From Candidatus Poribacteria bacterium (GTDB lineage: Bacteria; Poribacteria; WGA-4E; WGA-3G), in NCBI GenBank assembly GCA_028821605.1, contig JAPPFM010000003.1, forward strand, positions 29,388 through 93,387: DNA of 64,000 bases. The letters run 5' to 3'. The notes below the pieces were generated by a model. The model worked only from the letters and a program-made list of their open reading frames with translations. It searched no databases and was not told where the DNA came from. The position numbers and the translations under genes are program-made. Positions 1 to 8,997 of the stretch are shown piece by piece. The first letter of the stretch is position 1. The number at the start of each line of letters is the position of its first letter.

Positions 1-212
1 ATACCTTTCAACGCGCGAAGTTCTTTTTAGGTATGGCAATTTTGAACCATGTTGTGAGCGCAGTGGAAGCGAGGATTACAACCAAACGTTTCAACACCCG
101 CGTGCAAAATACGCCCATGCAGACAGGAGTCAACGCTTTTGAAATAGATGTCCAAACTGACATATCGGCAAATGGACTAACAAGTGTGCTTGTGCTACGA
201 AAAAGGTTTTAA
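1..212 (+). CDS. 3' end of an unidentified CDS (partial; start lies left of the window)
   Basis: Frame 3 is open from nt 3 to TAA at 210-212 (..AKFFLGMAILNHVVSAVEARITTKRF..SVLVLRKRF*). It is absent from the ORF track because no in-window start gives >=60 aa. No family recognised. Confidence 0.3.
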   Translation, partial: TFQRAKFFLGMAILNHVVSAVEARITTKRFNTRVQNTPMQTGVNAFEIDVQTDISANGLTSVLVLRKRF

Positions 213-293
213 TTTTACCTTGCGGAGGAACAACGGACGTTTGGACTTTGACGTGCGTTTCTTAAGTCCGTCCTCCACTTCGTTACGGACTAC
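207..293 (-). repeat. Family D intergenic repeat, solo inverted copy
   Basis: The reverse complement reads GTAGTCCGTAACGAAGTGGAGGACGG..CGTCAAAGTCCAA..CCGCAAGGTAAAATTAAAA. This is collinear with the three tandem units at 17936-18245. Confidence 0.7.
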
Positions 294-377
294 AAGCTTT
301 GATGCTATTTTAAGAAGTCAAGGAGGTTAGTCGAAAACCTCTCTTAACTAACTGAAAACTAAATAAGGAGGACTGAT

Positions 378-1316
378 ATGCCATTAGAACTATCAAATCT
401 TTTGGAAGCACTCAATTCGGTTACCGCGATTCCTATTGTGCCTTTTAAAGGGGACAAAATTGATTACACCGGACATGCCAAAAACGTTGACTATTTGATG
501 CGTAATAACTATCTCGACGAAGGGCGACAACGGGTCATTGCTATTGCGGGGACGAGTTTGATTCATCACATCAGTGAAACAGAGCAGCTTCGTCTCATTG
601 ACAAAACTGGACAACAGATTGGAGACGACGGCATCCTCATGTCTGGTATTGTTCCCAATCCGATTCGTCAAGCCGGACAACTTATTGAGGCACAGGCGGA
701 ACTCCGTAGACCCCCAGATGTGTACTTACTTATGCCTCTGACCGGTGTCTCCAGTCCAGAAGGTATTTATCAAGAGTATATGAAATTCGGAGAAGATTAT
801 GGTACTGCTTGTGGTGCGCGGTTTCTCTACTATTTCCGTCAGAAACGCGACATGGCAGCGGTCATTCGGCTCCTCAACGATTCGCCGCATTTCGTTGGTG
901 TGAAAATAGGAACGGGTGAAGAAGATGTTACACCACTCGTTGAAGGTGTAGGTGATAGTGGGATTGTGATGTGGGGTATCGGTGATAGGTGTACGCGCCC
1001 TGCTGAGTTAGGAACGAAGGGGCATACCTCTGGTATTGCTGTTGCTTTTGCGCGCGCCTCTGACGAAATTAACAATGCGCAACGCCGAGGCGATTATGAG
1101 ACCTCAGCACGCATTGAAGCCGACATCGCACCCCTTGAGGATATCCGTTTCATGAATGAGCGGGTTTATAACTATTCCGCTGTTATTGAGGCGATGATCT
1201 TAAGCGGTTTTGACGACATCGCCGCTGGAACTGGTGGTCCGTTTAACCCGCGTGTCCCATCCGAAATTCAGGAGCAGCTTCGTGGGATAGCGCAAAACTT
1301 GAAACGGTATCATTAG
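378..1316 (+). CDS. Dihydrodipicolinate synthase/N-acetylneuraminate lyase family (class I aldolase), divergent
   Basis: 312-aa ORF with AAGGAGG 6 nt upstream of the ATG. DapA-family layout with a candidate Schiff-base lysine in HFVGVKIGTG. It lacks the canonical GTTGE motif, so the substrate is unknown. Confidence 0.6.
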   Translation: MPLELSNLLEALNSVTAIPIVPFKGDKIDYTGHAKNVDYLMRNNYLDEGRQRVIAIAGTSLIHHISETEQLRLIDKTGQQIGDDGILMSGIVPNPIRQAGQLIEAQAELRRPPDVYLLMPLTGVSSPEGIYQEYMKFGEDYGTACGARFLYYFRQKRDMAAVIRLLNDSPHFVGVKIGTGEEDVTPLVEGVGDSGIVMWGIGDRCTRPAELGTKGHTSGIAVAFARASDEINNAQRRGDYETSARIEADIAPLEDIRFMNERVYNYSAVIEAMILSGFDDIAAGTGGPFNPRVPSEIQEQLRGIAQNLKRYH

Positions 1317-1320
1317 TGAA

Positions 1321-1422
1321 TTTACGGGCACCCACAAGGGATGCCCCTACAAGAGGTCTACATCTCCGTAGTTTACGGGCACCCACAAGGGATGCCCCTA
1401 CAGGAGGTCTACATCTCCGTAG
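1321..1422 (+). repeat. Tandem 2 x 51-bp REP-like unit (hairpin GGGCACCC-ACAA-GGGATGCCC followed by CTACA)
   Basis: Units 1321-1371 and 1372-1422 are identical at 50/51 positions. The same hairpin recurs at 6272, 26713 and 35405. Confidence 0.9.
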
Positions 1423-1486
1423 ATTTCCTTTTTTATCCGTTTTATGCTGAGTATCGCGCTTGAAAAATCCTTGCTATAGAACAGAA

Positions 1487-1513
1487 GTCGGGAATCGGAG
1501 TTCCCTCCTACAG
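1487..1513 (+). repeat. REP-like hairpin, family R2 (GTCGGGAATCGGAGTTCCCTCCTACAG)
   Basis: Near-identical copies at 6307, 6368, 9573 and 9621. Confidence 0.85.
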
Positions 1514-1533
1514 ACTGACTGCTTCTGGCTGAT

Positions 1534-1562
1534 TTGACAATGGCGTTTCTTCATGATACAAT
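1534..1562 (+). promoter_or_regulatory. Sigma70-type promoter (TTGACA-17-TACAAT) upstream of rqcH
   Basis: TTGACA at 1534-1539, a 17-nt spacer, TACAAT at 1557-1562. Confidence 0.6.
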
Positions 1563-1607
1563 AATACTACTAATAATGTATTTTTGTTTATTGAAGAGAT
1601 CTCCACG

Positions 1608-3317
1608 ATGTCGTACGATAGTTTAGCACTTCGTCTGGTTGTTGAAGAGTTGCGTGAAGCCCTTTTAGACGGGACGATTCGACATATTGAACAGGCGAAC
1701 CCTCACACTTTTTCGTTTAAGGTAGGTCATGCTGCCCAAACGCAGTGGCTTACTTTATCTGCACATTCGTTGCATGCCCGTGCCCATCTCATCGAAAAAC
1801 CGCCATCTGGACAAAAACAATCCTATCTCGCGGATTTCCTCGCAACGCACCTCAGACGTGGCACGATTACTGCAATCGAGCAGCTCGGTTGGGATCGGAT
1901 ACTTAAGATCACCGTTCAACCCACATCTGATGATCCGATACAGCCATCCCCCAAAGCGATTGTCGCTGAATTTATGGGGAAGCATAGCAACATTATCCTG
2001 ATTGATGCGAGCGATGACAGAATCTTGGAGAGCCTCAAGCGTATTGATGAAACAATGAGCCGACATCGAGAGATTTTGCCCGGCGAAACCTACATTTTAC
2101 CGCCACAACAGGATAAATTGGATCCTTTAAGCTTGGACGAGTCAACGTTTATTCAACTGTTTAGTGAGCCAGAAGAGGTGAGTTGGCGGCAGCTTTTTAA
2201 TAAGATTGACGGTCTCAGTCCGACCTTGGCGAAGGAAATTATCGCGCGGACAACTCAAACAGATCTCTGGAGTGCCTATCAGCAGGTAATTGCCTATTTC
2301 AATCCAGAGAGCGCTTCACCGCAGCTGCTCATGGATGAAGATGAACCTCTTGCAGCATCACCCCTACCGTTGCATCAATTTCCGAACGCATCCGCTCAGG
2401 CTTTTGACACGATGAGCGATGCACTCGCTGCTTATTACGATGCGATCACTCTGAAAGAAAACATTGCTTCAGAACGTCGCGCTCTCAAGCAGGCATTGAC
2501 GAAACAAGAGAATCTGGTCCAGCGGAAGGCAGCAGGGCTACACAAAGATTTGGAACGGGCAGAAAAGGCGGAGGATTACCGCATTCAGGGTGAATTGATT
2601 CTCGCTAATTTACATACTATCCGTCGAGGACAGAAACAGGTTGCGCTGCAGAACTACTACAGTTCTGAGCTTGAGATGTTGACCATCCCGCTCAATCCTG
2701 AACAGGGTCCCTCTGAAAATGCACAGACCTATTTCAAGAAATATACGAAAGCGAAACGGGGGCATTCACGCATTCAACAGTTGATTTCCGATATAGAGGC
2801 GGATCAGGAAACATTGCAACTCTATGCATCCAAATTAGAAGCGGCTGACACGTTAGCGTCTCTGCAGCGTCTACGGGCAGAGTTTGTCGCGAACGGTTAT
2901 CTTAAAGTTACACAACGCGGTAAACAGAAGCAGGAAGTCAGCGACGGTCCTTTCCGAAGGTATACCTCTACCAACGGTTTCCAGATATATGTTGGACGGA
3001 ACAGCCAATCTAATGACCTACTTTTGCGTCAGATTGCTAAGCCGCGCGATATGTGGCTTCACGCGAAGCAGATTCACGGTTCGCATGTTATCATCCGAAA
3101 CCCGGAGAACCGTCAGGACATCCCGATGCCGACGTTATTACAAGCTGCGCAACTTGCTGCCTATTACAGCAAAGCACATCATGCCAGTAATGTGCCTGTT
3201 GACTATACGTGGGCGCGGTATGTCGTGAAGCGGAAGGGCAATGTTGCTGGTTATGTGCATTATACGCGTGAGAAGACGCTGTATGTTGAACCTGCTGTGC
3301 CGTCTCGAAAAGAATAA
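1608..3317 (+). CDS. rqcH: RqcH / NFACT-family ribosome quality control protein (FbpA-like)
   Basis: NFACT-N-like N-terminus, long coiled-coil middle, and a C-terminal NFACT-R/DUF814 motif (DMWLHAKQIHGSHVIIRN). ATG at 1608 is preferred over the TTG at 1584 used by the ORF track. Confidence 0.85.
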   Translation: MSYDSLALRLVVEELREALLDGTIRHIEQANPHTFSFKVGHAAQTQWLTLSAHSLHARAHLIEKPPSGQKQSYLADFLATHLRRGTITAIEQLGWDRILKITVQPTSDDPIQPSPKAIVAEFMGKHSNIILIDASDDRILESLKRIDETMSRHREILPGETYILPPQQDKLDPLSLDESTFIQLFSEPEEVSWRQLFNKIDGLSPTLAKEIIARTTQTDLWSAYQQVIAYFNPESASPQLLMDEDEPLAASPLPLHQFPNASAQAFDTMSDALAAYYDAITLKENIASERRALKQALTKQENLVQRKAAGLHKDLERAEKAEDYRIQGELILANLHTIRRGQKQVALQNYYSSELEMLTIPLNPEQGPSENAQTYFKKYTKAKRGHSRIQQLISDIEADQETLQLYASKLEAADTLASLQRLRAEFVANGYLKVTQRGKQKQEVSDGPFRRYTSTNGFQIYVGRNSQSNDLLLRQIAKPRDMWLHAKQIHGSHVIIRNPENRQDIPMPTLLQAAQLAAYYSKAHHASNVPVDYTWARYVVKRKGNVAGYVHYTREKTLYVEPAVPSRKE

Positions 3318-3344
3318 AAGGTTGCTTTCTGTTGGAGTTATGTT

Positions 3345-3578
3345 ATGATTGCGTATAAAGACTATATTGGTGCTGTTGATTTTGATCCAGAAATTGATCT
3401 TTTCCATGGAACGGTGGTTAACACCAATGATGTGATCACGTTCTATGGTGCATCTGTCGCTGAACTCCGCGAAGAGATGCAGAAATCAGTTGAAGGTTAC
3501 CTTGAATTCCATAGGGAGCAGGGGAAAATACCGGAAAAGCCTTTCTCAGGTGAGTTCAACATAACAGTTATTTCATAG
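3345..3578 (+). CDS. hicB: HicB-family antitoxin, N-terminal domain only (truncated; no RHH DNA-binding tail, no hicA partner)
   Basis: YKDYIGAVDFDPEIDLFHGTVVNTNDVITFYGASVAELREEMQKSVEGYLEF..GKIPEKPFSGEFN matches the HicB N-domain pattern. The ORF stops where the ribbon-helix-helix normally begins. Confidence 0.6.
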   Translation: MIAYKDYIGAVDFDPEIDLFHGTVVNTNDVITFYGASVAELREEMQKSVEGYLEFHREQGKIPEKPFSGEFNITVIS

Positions 3579-3608
3579 ACGTTAGTTTGATAAAAGAGAC
3601 GAATTCTT

Positions 3609-3841
3609 GTAGGTTGGGTTGAACGAGAACGTACTAAAAACGACACGAAGCAGAGGACGGACAACCAACAGATAGAAACCTGAAATTACTAAACCCTGAG
3701 TGAAACCCAACGCATTCTTGCTCCGGGAGCGTTTGGCGTGTTGGGTTTCGCTATACGTATCTTCAAGAACGGGTGATTGAAAATCAGCATTCTCGGTATA
3801 AACTATAGGACTTTTGGTCTTTACCGCTCAACCCAACCTAC
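3609..3841 (-). repeat. ~233-bp MITE-like structured element, copy A (inverted relative to copies B and C)
   Basis: Begins GTAGGTTGGGTTGAACG and ends CGCTCAACCCAACCTAC. Has an inner arm pair GTGAAACCCAACGC / GTGTTGGGTTTCGC. Homologous copies at 29764-29994 and 39894-40127. Confidence 0.85.
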
Positions 3842-3900
3842 GTCTATACGGGAATTTTTATTTTCAAACTCACGTTTCATACGGAATAGAGAAATTTTAC

Positions 3901-4959
3901 ATGAATGATTTGAGAAACACTATTGCACACATTCTTGAACACAAACTACACTTAACAGAAGCCAATGAAGCGGCTACCCAACAATATGTCGTTTTACCAA
4001 TACTACGGGCTTTGGGATGGGATGATGCCAATTTAGTGTCTATGGAAGTTCTGCCAGAATATGCGGTTGAGAATGGGAACGTTGACTACGCACTGAAAGT
4101 AGGTCAAGAGCCTAAATTATTTATTGAGTGTAAGAAGTGGGGCGAATTGCTTGAACGACACGAAGACCAAATTGTCAACTATGCTTTTAAGGCAGGGGCA
4201 CCTATTGCGGTACTTACTAATGGTAAAATCTGGCATTTCTATTTCTCATGGGTGGAGGGTACCTCTGTAAGCGAAAGAATTTTCTGCGAGATTGATATTG
4301 CAAATTTAGAAAGGGCGGTGCCCTCTTTAGAAAAATATCTCCTGAAATCCAATGTTGCATCAAGAAAAGCGGAACGCAACGCCCGGGTAGTATTGGAAGA
4401 AAGGAAAAAAGCAGATAAGCCCAAACCGAGTCCCATACCAAAACAGACTGTTGCTCCTTCCGAATTTAGTGGCGAATGGACGGTAGAGCGAATTAGAAAT
4501 TTAGTATCTGAGGAAATTAGAGATTATCACGAAGTAAATTTCTCTGAAGAAAGATGCAAGGTATTTTACAAAAGGGTTGCAGAGATACAGAATTTGATTG
4601 AAGCAGAAGGATGGAGGTTAAATCCGCCGAAACTCAATAAGGAGAGTTGCAGTTTTTTCTTACTGGATAAAGGGGTTACAAGGGTTAGAAGGGTATTTGG
4701 GATCCTTCTTCACACTCACCTCCCTCACGGGGCACCGCAGGATCGAAACGGTGAGAAAATTCCAAATCTTTCTATAAAGTCCAACCCGCCAAGGATTTTT
4801 GTACCAATAACGGAAGAAGGAGCGAGGCAATTGGAGCGTCAGCATGGATGTGAATTTTGGGGTATTGACGGACATCTCGTATTTTACGATATCCCTGAAA
4901 ACATATCAGAACTTCTTCCAGTGCTTGAGTTTGCCTATAACAAGCATCTCGGAAATTGA
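3901..4959 (+). CDS. PD-(D/E)XK nuclease-fold protein (type I restriction HsdR N-terminal-like domain) with unknown C-terminal half
   Basis: LPILRALGW..NVDYALK..LFIECKKW..QIVNYA..VLTNGKIWHFYF is the HSDR_N-like pattern, with D...ExK catalytic residues. ATG at 3901 is preferred because the track start at 3814 lies inside repeat copy A. Confidence 0.7.
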   Translation: MNDLRNTIAHILEHKLHLTEANEAATQQYVVLPILRALGWDDANLVSMEVLPEYAVENGNVDYALKVGQEPKLFIECKKWGELLERHEDQIVNYAFKAGAPIAVLTNGKIWHFYFSWVEGTSVSERIFCEIDIANLERAVPSLEKYLLKSNVASRKAERNARVVLEERKKADKPKPSPIPKQTVAPSEFSGEWTVERIRNLVSEEIRDYHEVNFSEERCKVFYKRVAEIQNLIEAEGWRLNPPKLNKESCSFFLLDKGVTRVRRVFGILLHTHLPHGAPQDRNGEKIPNLSIKSNPPRIFVPITEEGARQLERQHGCEFWGIDGHLVFYDIPENISELLPVLEFAYNKHLGN

Positions 4960-5213
4960 TGCTAATTGGAACGTACCACATATACTTTCTATGCCAACCC
5001 GCTGAAATTTGTAGACACTATTTTCAATTGTGTTATATTAACGTGAGTTTCCTTAAGACATTCTATTTGAGTAAGATCCCTCTATATTTCGGTGAAACTG
5101 AACGGTCATGCGATACAGATGTCGCCCCTACGGGGCTTGGGAGGCTGGGTTAACCGGTTCTATACAGATACCGCCCCTATGGGGCTGCGGCTCTTGGAAA
5201 TCAATGAGATGTG

Positions 5214-5252
5214 TTTTTTACGAGTTACGCTCGCGTAGAAACTCGTAAAAAA
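5214..5252. terminator. Symmetric hairpin with A/T-run flanks (TTTTTTACGAGTT-N13-AACTCGTAAAAAA)
   Basis: 12-bp perfect stem flanked by T and A runs. Lies between the 4959 stop and the 5450 start. Confidence 0.4.
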
Positions 5253-5449
5253 TATCAAAAGGTTTGAACATTGCGCGTCAAACAAATTTATGGTAAAGTT
5301 CACACTTATTTGGCGATTACGGCAAGGTGAGGATACAATCCTCGCCAGCGGTGGTGAGGGTTGTCTTTCCTGAAAACCTGTCTACATGTTTCAATCTTTA
5401 CTATAAATTGCCTAAACTTTAGTATAGATTAGTATAGGAGGAACCCGTT

Positions 5450-6178
5450 ATGAAACTGGTTAAGGTGTTCGTACTGATTGCTCTGTTTTGTAGCATCAGT
5501 CTTTTTTCAGCAGGAATTGCTACGGCGTTAGACGAATGGGTACATATCGATTTGGAAGATGTTGTCAACACAAAATTGGTTGACCACCAATGGTGGACGC
5601 TGAACCCTGGTGATAGTACGCTCTCACGTTTACCGATTGATGAGGTTGGAGAGTTTGAGGGGCCGGACGGAAAGGTAGAGTTTCAAATTATAGACGGTGC
5701 CATCGTCCTCTTCGGGACCAATGCCGCGAAATGGCCCAAGGCAGTCAACGATATCGTCATTGGTGGTAAGGCAAAATTCGTCTATTTTTTCCATGCGACT
5801 GGGTGGGAACAGAATGGCGTTCCAAGCTACAAGTTTGTAATGCACTATCGGAGTGGCAAGGAGGAAGAACTTGAGATGATTTCGGGTTTTAACTCGGATG
5901 ATTGGTGCCACGATGATGCTGCACTCGAAGACGATAATTCTGTCTGGGGATGGGTTAAGAAGGAAGGCGGTCCCTGTGGACACGCTGGGTTAATTACGAC
6001 AAAGTGGGAAAACCCGCGCCCCGATGATTGGATTGAAACGATAGATGCCGTCTCTTTGGAATTAGGTTCGGTTCCCGTCATTCCGGCGATTACTTTAGGC
6101 GAAGCAACGCTTGCAGTTGACCCAGCAGAGAAATTGGCTGTTACGTGGGGAAGCCTGAAAAGTCCACGTGGATTCTAA
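5450..6178 (+). CDS. Secreted protein of unknown function with a conserved C-terminal tail
   Basis: GGAGG SD. Signal peptide MKLVKVFVLIALFCSISLFSAGIATA. The last 21 aa, AVDPAEKLAVTWGSLKSPRGF, match the tail of the ORF at 46872-47666. Confidence 0.8.
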   Translation: MKLVKVFVLIALFCSISLFSAGIATALDEWVHIDLEDVVNTKLVDHQWWTLNPGDSTLSRLPIDEVGEFEGPDGKVEFQIIDGAIVLFGTNAAKWPKAVNDIVIGGKAKFVYFFHATGWEQNGVPSYKFVMHYRSGKEEELEMISGFNSDDWCHDDAALEDDNSVWGWVKKEGGPCGHAGLITTKWENPRPDDWIETIDAVSLELGSVPVIPAITLGEATLAVDPAEKLAVTWGSLKSPRGF

Positions 6179-6194
6179 GAATCGCTTTACTCGC

Positions 6195-6246
6195 AGGCGA
6201 GGTTTTTTGCGGAAATATCCAAGCAAAAATACCTCGCCTATTTTTA
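6195..6246 (+). terminator. Long hairpin plus T-run after the 5450-6178 ORF
   Basis: AGGCGAGGT at 6195-6203 pairs with ACCTCGCCT at 6231-6239 and is followed by ATTTTTA. Confidence 0.5.
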
Positions 6247-6267
6247 TCTTTTCGCGTTCCAATAGGT

Positions 6268-6398
6268 GAGCGGGCACCCACAAGGGGTGCCCCTACAAGT
6301 GATATGTCGGGAATCGGAGTTCCTTCCTACGAAGAGCACCCACAAGGGACGCTCCTACAAGTGATATGTCGGGAATCGGAGTTCCCTCCTACGAAGAG
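6268..6398 (+). repeat. Composite REP cluster (BIME-like): 2 x [R1 hairpin + TGATAT + R2 hairpin]
   Basis: GGGCACCCACAAGGGGTGCCCCTACAAGTGATATGTCGGGAATCGGAGTTCCTTCCTACGAAGAGC is followed by a degenerate second copy. Confidence 0.85.
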
Positions 6399-6430
6399 CT
6401 GCATGCCTCTGCGCGTTCTCGTATAAAAAA

Positions 6431-6459
6431 TTGACTTTGCGGATCGTCTATGCTATAAT
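6431..6459 (+). promoter_or_regulatory. Consensus sigma70 promoter (TTGACT-17-TATAAT) upstream of groEL
   Basis: TTGACT at 6431-6436, a 17-nt spacer, TATAAT at 6454-6459. Implies a ~190-nt leader. Confidence 0.65.
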
Positions 6460-6615
6460 TATATCAGCGATCTATGATCGCAAACCTTTTATATTGATAG
6501 TAAAGCCCGTAATTATTTATACACCAACACAAGGGCGAGGATACAATCCTCGCCAGCGGCGGTGGAGGGTTTGTTTCCAGATAAACTGTAAACATATTTT
6601 CGGATTCTACTATAA

Positions 6616-8289
<1,674 letters not shown>

Positions 8290-8302
8290 GTTCATTTATG
8301 AG

Positions 8303-8327
8303 TAGGCGCGCTGCCAAAGCGCGCCTA
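8303..8327 (+). terminator. Hairpin after groEL (TAGGCGCGC-TGCCAAA-GCGCGCCTA)
   Basis: 9-bp GC-rich stem 14 nt after the stop codon, followed by a T-rich stretch. Confidence 0.6.
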
Positions 8328-8436
8328 TCTACTTATTATTCTAATCTAAGTATAAGGTAGGCACAAGACCTACCCCTACAGAAGGTAGGCACAAGACCTA
8401 CCCCTACAGACCGGTTGATTTCTACTTATTATTCTA
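8328..8436 (+). repeat. REP doublet (2 x GGTAGGCACAAGACCTACCCCTACAGA) bracketed by a 16-bp direct repeat
   Basis: TCTACTTATTATTCTA occurs at 8328-8343 and again at 8421-8436 (16/16). The two R3 hairpins lie between them. Confidence 0.85.
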
Positions 8437-8965
8437 TATCTCTCTGTATCTGATACCGTGCTTCCATCCCGCTATCCCAATCACAATCAAGACAGAACAT
8501 CACCTTGGGTCCCAAATACTGGATGTTTTTGCTGCTGCACTCGGGGCATATTTTTATCGACTTTTCTATTTCGTCCTCCGCGTCGTGTTGGAAAATATTC
8601 AGGTAGTATATCTTTAACTCACCCGGGTAACGATGTCCCATCGGACAACGAATCAGGTTAGAGCTATTGTCGGTAAAACGTTCCATTGTTTCCCGAAGAA
8701 ACGTTAAACGGTGCTGACAGACGGGACAGGGGTTAGGGGTCAATTCTTTTACGATGACGAGGTCCGTATCTTCTGCTTGGATAGAGACTGTCAAGGCGAG
8801 GTGATGTGCGAGTTGCAAATGTGATACGCCTTGGGCTCCAAGTTTTTCAGCGAGTTCGGAGACAATTTTCGCGTAACTTTGTGGACTTAGGACCAATTCC
8901 GTTGGAATCATCGTTCCGCCCTTTAAGCTGGAGAGAAGCCGATAGATGCGTTCTAAAATGGGCAC
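8429..8965 (-). CDS. Hypothetical protein with two zinc-ribbon-like Cys pairs
   Basis: CPVCQH..(24 aa)..CPMGH and CPECSS..(15 aa)..CLDCDW. The start is ambiguous (GTG 8965 or ATG 8911). No family recognised. Confidence 0.6.
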   Translation of the reverse strand: MPILERIYRLLSSLKGGTMIPTELVLSPQSYAKIVSELAEKLGAQGVSHLQLAHHLALTVSIQAEDTDLVIVKELTPNPCPVCQHRLTFLRETMERFTDNSSNLIRCPMGHRYPGELKIYYLNIFQHDAEDEIEKSIKICPECSSKNIQYLGPKVMFCLDCDWDSGMEARYQIQRDIE

Positions 8966-8997
8966 CCACCCCCTATAATTTCATGGTGGAAAGAGAA

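Noticed and set aside
3814-3900. N-terminal extension of the PD-(D/E)XK ORF (and likewise 29954-30031 for the thioesterase)
   Set aside because: The extensions start inside the terminal arm of the 233-bp repeat element. The internal ATGs give N-termini consistent with the protein families.
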